From: Candidatus Faeciplasma sp.
GTDB taxonomy: Bacteria > Bacillota > Clostridia > Oscillospirales > Ruminococcaceae
NCBI GenBank assembly: GCA_048393055.1
Contig: DBFJJS010000013.1
Span: forward strand, 77,916-101,915
Length of the DNA stretch: 24,000 nt
Direction of reading: 5' to 3'
Shown here piece by piece: positions 8,077-15,558 of the stretch. Below the pieces are notes generated by a model. The model ran no database searches, was not told the origin of the DNA, and was given only the letters and a program-made list of their open reading frames with translations. Position 1 is the first letter of the stretch. The number at the start of each line of letters is the position of its first letter. The translations under genes were made by a program, and so were the position numbers.

Positions 8077-8538
8077 TTAAACCGCCTGATAAAAGCCGTT
8101 CACGTTCATGAAGGCGTACAGCTTTTCACCGTGCTGCTGTTCCTCCGCCTGAATGTGGTTAAGCACCCTTCTGGCGGCTGGGTCGCCAAACTCGAACACG
8201 CTGGTGTCATACATGGAGGAAACGTGCTTTTCGGTGGCGAGAGTGTCCGATAGAAGGAACTTGTCGATGTTTTTGGACCTCTCATCGGAGTAGTTTACCT
8301 TTTTGCACATATTGTTGTTTTGGCCGCTGAGCCCGCTCGGCACAGATGGGATAGTTCCGGACAGCATGGCGTTTACGGTGTCGAAATGCTTCTGCTCGCA
8401 CTGTGCGATTTCTCCAAACAGGCTCTTAAGCTCCTGAGAGCACGCCTCCTGAGAATACTTTGTATACTTTTCCCAGCAAAGCTTTTCCTGCTCCTTCAAA
8501 TCCTTTAAAAGTCCTGTTTCCTTTTGTGTAAGAGTCAT
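8077..8538 (-). CDS. Spore coat protein, CotF / Coat_F family
   Basis: The N-terminal LTQKETGLLKDLKEQEKLCWEKYTKYSQEA...ELKSLFGEIAQCEQKH and the C-terminal EEQQHGEKLYAFMNVNGFY match the two-repeat ferritin-like Coat_F pattern. AAAGGAGATG is the SD. Confidence 0.75.
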   Translation of the reverse strand: MTLTQKETGLLKDLKEQEKLCWEKYTKYSQEACSQELKSLFGEIAQCEQKHFDTVNAMLSGTIPSVPSGLSGQNNNMCKKVNYSDERSKNIDKFLLSDTLATEKHVSSMYDTSVFEFGDPAARRVLNHIQAEEQQHGEKLYAFMNVNGFYQAV

Positions 8539-8621
8539 AATAACATCTCCTTTTCATAAGATGTCACTATTATTCCATCGCTCGAAGCAATTATACCTTG
8601 ACCTGACTCTTTTGCACGCCG

Positions 8622-9539
8622 TCAGCTTATTTTTGCAACGTCGTAAGGCGTCGTCTGATATACAAAGTAATTGAGCCAGTTTGAGTACAGAAGATTCGCG
8701 TGCGCCCTCCAGCTCACAACCGGGGTTTTCGTATCGTCGTCGTCAGGAAAATAATTTACCGGCACGGCTATATCCAGCCCCTTGGCCTTATCCCTGAAAT
8801 ACTCCTTTGCCAGGGTGTCGCGGTCGTACTCCGAGTGTCCGGTTATAAATATCTGCTTACCCTCGTTTGTCATGCACGCGTATACTCCAGCCTCCCTGCT
8901 TGTAGCGAGTATTTTAAGCTCCGAAACTGCTTCGACGTCCTTTATATCAACCGTAGAATTTCTTGAGTGCGGAGCTAAGAACACATCGTCAAAGCCCCTG
9001 AAAAGTATCGGGTTTTTGTAATCGACGGTATGCTCGAACACGCCGAAGAGCTTTTTGGGCAAAAGCTTTTTCTTTATTCCGAAGTGATAGTAAAGCCCCG
9101 CCTGAGCTCCCCAGCAGATGTGAAATGTGGAGTGGACATGGGTCTTGCTCCACTCAAAAATCTCGCACAGCTCGTCCCAATACTCCACATCCTCGAACTC
9201 AAGGTGCTCCACCGGCGCGCCGGTCACTATCATTCCGTCAAACCGCTGGTCTTTAATATCCTCAAAGGTCTTGTAAAACGCAAACAAATGCTCGGCGGAG
9301 GTGTTCTTTGAAAGATGGCTGACAGTGTGCATAAGCTCCATCTCCACCTGAAGAGGGGTGTTTCCCAAAAGCCTTGCAAGCTGCGTCTCAGTCTCCACCT
9401 TGGTAGGCATAAGGTTTAGTATCAGTATTCTCAACGGACGTATATCCTGCGTCATAGCGCGCGTTTCGGTCATCACGAAGATGTTTTCAGAGGCGAGCGT
9501 CTTGGCCGCCGGAAGCGAGTTTGGTATTTTAATCGGCAT
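8622..9539 (-). CDS. metA: Homoserine O-acyltransferase MetA (probably O-acetyl, given the adjacent metY)
   Basis: [11 protein letters not shown]...[15 protein letters not shown] and the [11 protein letters not shown] catalytic-Cys region are typical of the family. Confidence 0.9.
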   Translation of the reverse strand: MPIKIPNSLPAAKTLASENIFVMTETRAMTQDIRPLRILILNLMPTKVETETQLARLLGNTPLQVEMELMHTVSHLSKNTSAEHLFAFYKTFEDIKDQRFDGMIVTGAPVEHLEFEDVEYWDELCEIFEWSKTHVHSTFHICWGAQAGLYYHFGIKKKLLPKKLFGVFEHTVDYKNPILFRGFDDVFLAPHSRNSTVDIKDVEAVSELKILATSREAGVYACMTNEGKQIFITGHSEYDRDTLAKEYFRDKAKGLDIAVPVNYFPDDDDTKTPVVSWRAHANLLYSNWLNYFVYQTTPYDVAKIS

Positions 9540-9590
9540 TGACCGTTTTCCTTTCTTTACAGTATGCAGCGCCGCGTTGGATATCTGCCG

Positions 9591-10868
9591 TCAAACAGAC
9601 TCGAGCGCCTGTTTTAAATCTTCGATAAGGTCCTGCGCGTTTTCAATTCCGCATGACAGCCTTACAAGGTCTCCCGAAACCCCGGCAGCCTTAAGCTCCT
9701 CGTCGTTCATCTGTCTGTGGGTGGCGCTTGCGGGATGCAGGCAGCAGGTTCTGGCGTCCGCAACGTGCGTTTCTATCGCGCAGAGCCTAAGGCGCTTCAT
9801 AAAGTCTTCGGCAGCCTTTCTCCCGCCCTTTACGCCGAAGCTGACTACCCCGCATGAGCCGTTCGGAAGATACTTGCGGCACAGCTCGTGGTCTATATTG
9901 CCCTCGAGATCGGGATAGAACACCCAGCTCACCTTATCGCTTGACTCAAGGAATTTCGCGACCGCCATGGCGTTCTCACAGTGGCGCGCCATTCTTACAT
10001 GAAGGCTTTCAAGACCGATATTGAGAAGATACGCGCTGAACGGCGATTGTGCAGACCCGAAATCCCTCATAAGCTGAGCCGTTGCCTTCGTTATATACGC
10101 GCCCTCGCTGCCGAATCGCTCGGCATAGGTTATGCCGTGATAGCTTTCGTCAGGGGTTGTAAGACCGGGGAATTTGTCCGCATGAGCCATCCAGTCAAAC
10201 TTTCCGGAGTCTACAATGCACCCGCCGACGCATGAGCCGTGACCGTCCATATATTTTGTAGTAGAGTGGGTGACAATGTCCGCTCCCCACTCGAACGGGC
10301 GGCAGTTTACAGGCGTTGCGAAAGTGTTGTCAACGATAAGCGGAACTCCGTGGCGATGAGCGGCTGAGGCAAATTTTTCTATATCGAGCACTCTGAGCGC
10401 AGGGTTCGCAATAGTCTCTCCGAAAACAGCCTTTGTATTCGGCTTAAACGCCGCGTCCAGCTCCTCGGGAGTGCAGTCGGGGGCTACGAATGTAAAATCA
10501 ATGCCCATCTTCTTCATCGTAACGGCAAAGAGATTGAATGTCCCGCCATATATAGAAGCCTCCGCAACGACGTGGTCGCCGCAGTTCGCAATGTTAAACA
10601 CCGCAAAGAAGTTTGCCGCCTGTCCAGAGGAGGTGAGCATGGCAGCTGTTCCGCCCTCCAGCTCGCATATCTTCTTTGCAACCATATCGCAGGTCGGGTT
10701 TTGAAGCCGCGAATAAAAATATCCCGAGGCTTCAAGGTCAAAAAGCCTGCCCATATCCTCGCTGGTATCGTATTTAAATGTTGTGGACTGAATAATCGGT
10801 ATCTGCCTCGGCTCGCCGTTTGAGGGGGTATATCCCCCCTGAACGCATTTTGTTTCAATTCTGCTCAT
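9591..10868 (-). CDS. metY: O-acetylhomoserine sulfhydrylase (PLP-dependent Cys/Met metabolism family)
   Basis: The 425-aa product has TSSGQAA and the PLP-lysine motif HSTTKYMDGHG. The C-terminal LRLSCGIE is typical of MetY/CysD. Confidence 0.9.
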   Translation of the reverse strand: MSRIETKCVQGGYTPSNGEPRQIPIIQSTTFKYDTSEDMGRLFDLEASGYFYSRLQNPTCDMVAKKICELEGGTAAMLTSSGQAANFFAVFNIANCGDHVVAEASIYGGTFNLFAVTMKKMGIDFTFVAPDCTPEELDAAFKPNTKAVFGETIANPALRVLDIEKFASAAHRHGVPLIVDNTFATPVNCRPFEWGADIVTHSTTKYMDGHGSCVGGCIVDSGKFDWMAHADKFPGLTTPDESYHGITYAERFGSEGAYITKATAQLMRDFGSAQSPFSAYLLNIGLESLHVRMARHCENAMAVAKFLESSDKVSWVFYPDLEGNIDHELCRKYLPNGSCGVVSFGVKGGRKAAEDFMKRLRLCAIETHVADARTCCLHPASATHRQMNDEELKAAGVSGDLVRLSCGIENAQDLIEDLKQALESV

Positions 10869-10955
10869 ATATCATGCAAGGTCCGGCAGGAACAACCAAA
10901 CGGGAATTCGCGCCGGACCGTTTCCTTTCTTTAATTTTGTCAATCGGTTTTAAGC

Positions 10956-12023
10956 TTATACAGTCTGTCTCCAGCCCATCGTGTCCGGGCGCTTGCCCCA
11001 CTGGATTCCGGTCAGCTCGTCGTAAAGCCTTTGAGTAAGCTCGCCTATTTTGCCTTCGCCTATAACGAACACCTCATTCTTGTAGCGAAGCTTTCCGACG
11101 GGAGAAACAACCGCCGCAGTTCCGGTTCCGAACACCTCTTCGAGTGTACCGTTGTGCGCGGCTTCTATAAGCTCGTCTACCGAAACCTTCCTCTCCTCTA
11201 CGTCATAGCCCCACTTTCTGCAAAGGGCAAGCACAGAGTCCCTTGTGATCCCGGGGAGAATAGAGCCGTTGAGCATCGGGGTTACTACCTTGCCGGCAAT
11301 TTTAAACACTATGTTCATCGCGCCGACCTCTTCAATGTACTTTCTTTCGACGCCGTCCAGCCACAGCACCTGAGAATAGCCGTCGTCATGCGCCTTTACC
11401 TGCGCCGCAAGCGACGCGGCATAGTTTCCGCCGGTCTTGGCAAAGCCGATTCCTCCCCTGACCGCTCTTACATACTCGTCCTCTATCCATATGCCAACCG
11501 GGGCAAGGCCGCTCTCATAATAAGCGCCGGAGGGAGAAAGTATAATCATGAACAGATAGCTCTTAGAGGGGGCTACGCCTAAGTGCTCGTCTGTCGCAAT
11601 GACAAACGGTCTTATGTAAAGCGAAGTTCCCGGCTCGTCCGGTATCCAGTCCCTGTCTACGTCCACTACCGCCTTGACAGCCTGAACAAAATCGTCCTCA
11701 GGTATCCTGGGTATGCAAAGCCTGTCGTTGGAATTGTTGGCGCGCTTTGCGTTCATGTCGGGTCTGAAAAGATATACCTCGCCGTTATCTCCCTTATACG
11801 CCTTTAGGCCCTCGAACATTGTCTGCCCGTAGTGGAAAACCATTGCGGCGGGTGAAAGAGAAATGTTCTGGAACGGCACTATTCTCGCATCGTGCCAGCC
11901 CTGTCCCTCGTCATAGTTCATGATGAACATGTGGTCGGTAAATATGTGACCGAACCCGAGCTTTTCTCCCTTTTGGGGCTTTGTTTTGGGATTTTGAGTC
12001 TTTTCTATCCTGATATTAAGCAT
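10956..12023 (-). CDS. ilvE: Branched-chain amino acid aminotransferase (class IV)
   Basis: FGHIFTDHMF, YGQTMFEGLKAYK, IRPF and GGNYAASL are family motifs. I place the start at the ATG at 12023 (AGGAG 9 nt upstream). The track start at 12032 is a TTG inside the spacer. Confidence 0.9.
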   Translation of the reverse strand: MLNIRIEKTQNPKTKPQKGEKLGFGHIFTDHMFIMNYDEGQGWHDARIVPFQNISLSPAAMVFHYGQTMFEGLKAYKGDNGEVYLFRPDMNAKRANNSNDRLCIPRIPEDDFVQAVKAVVDVDRDWIPDEPGTSLYIRPFVIATDEHLGVAPSKSYLFMIILSPSGAYYESGLAPVGIWIEDEYVRAVRGGIGFAKTGGNYAASLAAQVKAHDDGYSQVLWLDGVERKYIEEVGAMNIVFKIAGKVVTPMLNGSILPGITRDSVLALCRKWGYDVEERKVSVDELIEAAHNGTLEEVFGTGTAAVVSPVGKLRYKNEVFVIGEGKIGELTQRLYDELTGIQWGKRPDTMGWRQTV

Positions 12024-12042
12024 GTTAATCAACTCCTACCGA

Positions 12043-12582
12043 TTATTTGTCGTAGCGATAGCCTGTCTCAAGCGCGGAAAGATTCAGCTTAAGCATGTCT
12101 GCATGTTTAGCGGAAACAACCTTCTCAAGCGCCTTTTCCACATCCTCAAAACTTACGACGTTGGTCTCTCTTATTATTTTACCCATCATTATCATATTTG
12201 CAAGAGTAGGAATTCCCGAATCAGAGGCAAGCCTTGTCGCAGGGATGTAATAGGTGGCAACGTCCTGCCTTGCGACCTTCCTGTCGATAAGCGCGGAATC
12301 GACAAATATTTTTGCCCCGCTGACTGCGTCATTTTCGTACTTGTCAAGCGACGGAAGATTCATTACGGCAAGTATGTCCGGGTTGGAAACTATCGGAGAG
12401 CCTACCGGAGTGTCCGAAATAATTACTGAGCAGTTGGCGGTGCCGCCTCTCATCTCCGGACCGTACGACGGAAGCCAGCTTATCTCCCTGCCCTCGAGCA
12501 GCCCCTTATACGCCAAAAACTTTCCCGCAAACAGTATTCCCTGTCCGCCGAAGCCGGCTATGAGTATCTGTGTATATGCCAT
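12043..12582 (-). CDS. 2-oxoacid:ferredoxin oxidoreductase, gamma subunit
   Basis: The start ILIAGFGGQGILFAGK...EMRGGTANCSV is typical of the POR/VOR/KOR gamma domain. AAGGAGGA SD; the start is 1 nt after the beta stop. Confidence 0.85.
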   Translation of the reverse strand: MAYTQILIAGFGGQGILFAGKFLAYKGLLEGREISWLPSYGPEMRGGTANCSVIISDTPVGSPIVSNPDILAVMNLPSLDKYENDAVSGAKIFVDSALIDRKVARQDVATYYIPATRLASDSGIPTLANMIMMGKIIRETNVVSFEDVEKALEKVVSAKHADMLKLNLSALETGYRYDK

Positions 12583-12583
12583 A

Positions 12584-13336
12584 TCATCTATCCTCCTTGC
12601 CGGCCGACCTGTCCTTGTAAACGCCGAGCGGGTAGTATGGGATCATATTTGTCTCGACCCATTCCATCGCCTTAGACGGCGTCATGCCCCAGTTTGTCGG
12701 GCAGGTGGACAGTACCTCCACAAGTGAGAAGCCCCTGCCGTTTATCTGGTTCTCAAAAGCCTTTTTGATAGCCTTTTTCGCTGTCATGACGTTTTTAACG
12801 TTATTTACCGCTACTCTCTGGATAAATTCCGGACCATCCAGCGCGGAAAGCAGCTCGCTCACCTTTATCGGGTATCCCACGGTTTTTACATCTCTGCCGT
12901 AGGGAGAGGTCTGTGTGACCTGACCGGGAAGAGAGGTCGGAGCCATCTGCCCGCCGGTCATGCCGTATATCGCGTTGTTTATAAAAATAACCGTTATATT
13001 TTCGTTTCTTGTAGCCGCATGAACGGTTTCAGCCATACCTATCGAGGCGAGGTCGCCGTCGCCCTGATAAGTGAAAACAATGTTCTGTGGCATCGCCCTT
13101 TTAAGTCCCGTTGCGACCGCAGGCGCTCTTCCGTGAGCAGCCTCGACCATGTCGCAGGAGAAATAGTTATATGCCATTACCGCGCAGCCCACGGGAGCTA
13201 CTCCGACGGTGTCCCCCAATATTCCAAGCTCGTCTATAGCCTCAGCCACAAGACGGTGAACAATGCCGTGCGTACAGCCCGGGCAGTAGTGGAGCGGCGC
13301 GTCGGTAAGCGCCTTCGGCTTTTCAAAAACTACCAT
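12584..13336 (-). CDS. 2-oxoacid:ferredoxin oxidoreductase, beta (TPP-binding) subunit
   Basis: HYCPGCTHG cysteine motif and GDGD...NNAIYGMTGGQ TPP motif. Its start overlaps the alpha stop (TGATG). Confidence 0.9.
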   Translation of the reverse strand: MVVFEKPKALTDAPLHYCPGCTHGIVHRLVAEAIDELGILGDTVGVAPVGCAVMAYNYFSCDMVEAAHGRAPAVATGLKRAMPQNIVFTYQGDGDLASIGMAETVHAATRNENITVIFINNAIYGMTGGQMAPTSLPGQVTQTSPYGRDVKTVGYPIKVSELLSALDGPEFIQRVAVNNVKNVMTAKKAIKKAFENQINGRGFSLVEVLSTCPTNWGMTPSKAMEWVETNMIPYYPLGVYKDRSAGKEDR

Positions 13337-14397
13337 CAGTTTTCGCCTCCCATCAAATCGTCAAGCGTTTTAAGTATCTCGCCCGGGTCGGGGATCATTC
13401 CGCCCACTCTCGAGCACAGCGCTACCGGCTTCCTGCATTCCTCCGAAAGCCTTATATCCTCTATCATCTGCCCCATCGACAGCTCCACCGAAATAAACGC
13501 CTTGACCCTGTCCGCGGCGGACGCTATCGCCTTCTTGGGGAAGGGCCACAGCGTAATCGGTCTTATCATGCCTATTTTTATACCCCTTGCGCGGGCCGCT
13601 GTGATAGCGTTCTTCGCAACGCGCGCTGCTATTCCGAACGCAACGACGCAATACTCGGCGTCGTCCATGAGATACTCCTCGTACATTACCTCGTTTTCCT
13701 CTACGAGCTTGTATCTTTCATATCTCTCGAGGTTTTTCCTTTCAAGCTCCTCAGGCACAAGATACAGCGAGTTTACGATATTGTGCTCGCGCCTGCCCTT
13801 TGTTCCTGTTACCGCCCACGGCTTTTCCACGACGGACTCAGTAGGCTCGGGCAAAACTACCGGCTCCATCATCTGACCCATCGTTCCGTCTGCAAGTATC
13901 ATCGCGGGGATGCGGTATTTATCCGAAAGATTAAACGCCTTAGCGGTAAAATCAGCCATTTCCTGAACCGACGCCGGAGCTAATACTATCAGATGATAGT
14001 CTCCATGCCCGCCGCCCTTTGTCGCCTGGAAATAATCCGACTGAGAGGGCTGAATGCCTCCGAGCCCCGGACCGCCTCTTTGCACGTTTACAATGAGCGC
14101 AGGAAGGTCCGAGCCGGCAAGATAGGATATTCCCTCCTGCTTGAGCGAAACTCCGGGGCTTGAGGATGAGGTCATAGCCCTCAGGCCCGCGCTCGAAACA
14201 CCGTAAATCATATTTATCGCAGCTATTTCGCTTTCCGCCTGCAAAAACGTTCCGCCTATCTTGGGCATTCTCTTCGCCATATATGCCGCCACCTCTGTCT
14301 GAGGCGTTATAGGGTATCCGAAATAATGGCGGCAGCCCGCTCTTATGGCAGCCTCCGCTATCGCTTCGTTGCCCTTCATAAGTACCTTTTCAGCCAT
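13336..14397 (-). CDS. 2-oxoacid:ferredoxin oxidoreductase, alpha subunit (VorB/KorA-like)
   Basis: MKGNEAIAEAAIRAGCRHYFGYPITPQTE and QAESEIAAINMIYG. I prefer the ATG at 14397 (AAAGGA 9 nt upstream) over the TTG at 14415. Confidence 0.9.
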   Translation of the reverse strand: MAEKVLMKGNEAIAEAAIRAGCRHYFGYPITPQTEVAAYMAKRMPKIGGTFLQAESEIAAINMIYGVSSAGLRAMTSSSSPGVSLKQEGISYLAGSDLPALIVNVQRGGPGLGGIQPSQSDYFQATKGGGHGDYHLIVLAPASVQEMADFTAKAFNLSDKYRIPAMILADGTMGQMMEPVVLPEPTESVVEKPWAVTGTKGRREHNIVNSLYLVPEELERKNLERYERYKLVEENEVMYEEYLMDDAEYCVVAFGIAARVAKNAITAARARGIKIGMIRPITLWPFPKKAIASAADRVKAFISVELSMGQMIEDIRLSEECRKPVALCSRVGGMIPDPGEILKTLDDLMGGEN

Positions 14398-14417
14398 ATC
14401 ATCCCGTCCTTTCAAAG

Positions 14418-14624
14418 CTATTTTTCAACTGTTATAACGCAGTCGGGGCACATTGTAGCGCAGAACGCGCAGCCTATGCACTTGGACTGGTCGGTTATCT
14501 GTGCAGGAGAATGGCCCTTTTTATTGAGCTTATCCTTGGCGATTGCGATAATTTTCTTTGGACATGCGTCTACGCAAAGACCGCAGCCCTTGCACAGGTC
14601 CTCTTTAAAAGTTACCTTCGGCAT
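14418..14624 (-). CDS. 2x[4Fe-4S] ferredoxin-like delta subunit
   Basis: The 68-aa product has CKGCGLCVDACP and CIGCAFCATMCP. AAGGAGATG is the SD. Confidence 0.85.
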   Translation of the reverse strand: MPKVTFKEDLCKGCGLCVDACPKKIIAIAKDKLNKKGHSPAQITDQSKCIGCAFCATMCPDCVITVEK

Positions 14625-14636
14625 TAAAACATCTCC

Positions 14637-15302
14637 TTAATTTATATCAAAATATCTTTTCTGAAGCGTAAGGGGGAAAACATCCGTCATCTTAAGGCGG
14701 CTCGCGACCTGTCTCTCCACAGATGTAAAAAGTATGGGCAGCCCCGAAAGCTCTGAAAGCATCTGCGCCTCGTGACGGCTGTTTAAAACCGTTTCGACCG
14801 TAGTCTCCCGCCCGAGGTTTGTATTATTTACAACGGCTGTAAACGGCAATCCCGCCGCAGGCTCTATTTCGCGCATGACCTCGAGCGCCTCCCCTGCAGT
14901 TCGGGTAAGCGGACGGCAGAAATTCGCCACGAATATCATCTCGTAATCGTTTTCCTCTAAAATATACGGTGCGAACCTCCCAAGGGCATACGCTCCCCTG
15001 TCGTCTCCGCCTATGTCCAGAACGGCGTGCCTTGAGCGGTTCTGAACTACTCCGTACAGCTCGGACGGCAGCGCCGGAAGGTCTACGTTTGAGTTCGCAA
15101 ACTCGGGCGAAATAATGTCTATTCCGAGCTTTGACATCTCACGCGCGCTGTCCTTTGTCCTGAAATACGGATTTACAATGTCAAGGTCTGCTATCACCAC
15201 ATCCCTGCCCTCGCGCTTAAGATACGCGGCGTAATTGACTGCTATATTGGTTTTTCCGCTTCCGTAATGACCTGCAAGAAGCGTCACTCTCTTTACTCTC
15301 AT
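14637..15302 (-). CDS. P-loop NTPase (SIMIBI-like, MinD/CooC-related fold), function unknown; first gene of the oxidoreductase operon
   Basis: Walker A LLAGHYGSGKT sits at the extreme N-terminus and a Walker-B-like VLDIGGDD follows. There are no TM segments or other domains. Its stop lies 12 nt before the delta subunit start. Confidence 0.7.
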   Translation of the reverse strand: MRVKRVTLLAGHYGSGKTNIAVNYAAYLKREGRDVVIADLDIVNPYFRTKDSAREMSKLGIDIISPEFANSNVDLPALPSELYGVVQNRSRHAVLDIGGDDRGAYALGRFAPYILEENDYEMIFVANFCRPLTRTAGEALEVMREIEPAAGLPFTAVVNNTNLGRETTVETVLNSRHEAQMLSELSGLPILFTSVERQVASRLKMTDVFPLTLQKRYFDIN

Positions 15303-15496
15303 TTACTGCGGATTTCTCCTCAATCTCCATTATGCAAATCCGCCCCAAAGACGCAATATCCTCGAGGCGGAAAATTCTCCAAAGCACCGTATGACTGCAC
15401 CGCGCCGCCCGACCTGTACGGGTCCGCGGCAATTTGTATAGATAGATAATACCGATACGGACAGTTTCCGTCTATGCTTTTATACTTTACAGTGGT

Positions 15497-15525
15497 ATTT
15501 TAGCACACCCCGTCTTAAATGTCAA
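15497..15525 (-). promoter_or_regulatory. Strong sigma-A promoter for the NTPase-oxidoreductase-ilvE operon
   Basis: Minus strand reads TTGACA (15520-15525), 17-nt spacer, TGc-TAAAAT (15497-15502). A leader of about 190 nt follows. Confidence 0.6.
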
Positions 15526-15558
15526 CAATTTCGACGTGTTAAATTTGTACAAATTGCC

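Noticed and set aside
8539-8621. Sigma-K/sigma-E promoter upstream of the cotF-like gene
   Set aside because: It is expected biologically, but I could not find a convincing AC-N16/17-CATANNNTA or sigma-E match by eye.
10869-10955. Possible S-box (SAM-I) or T-box upstream of metY
   Set aside because: The 87-nt spacer is too short and lacks the conserved S-box and T-box sequence blocks. Only the hairpin and pseudoknot potential is reported, as a finding.
13019-13876. Long antisense ORFs inside well-supported genes (13019..13876, 18622..19344, 9358..9918, 16363..16917, 11031..11582, 12254..12727, 1494..1976 and the many 60-120 aa ORFs opposite typA, the ligase and GH115)
   Set aside because: They lie opposite genes with strong family motifs. 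Their translations are Arg/Ser/Leu-rich with no recognisable motifs, and none has an SD. They are typical shadow ORFs of moderately GC-rich coding sequence.
15217-15432. 71-aa minus-strand ORF in the oxidoreductase leader
   Set aside because: It overlaps the NTPase start out of frame, has no SD, and its translation is Arg-rich. The region is better explained as a structured untranslated leader.
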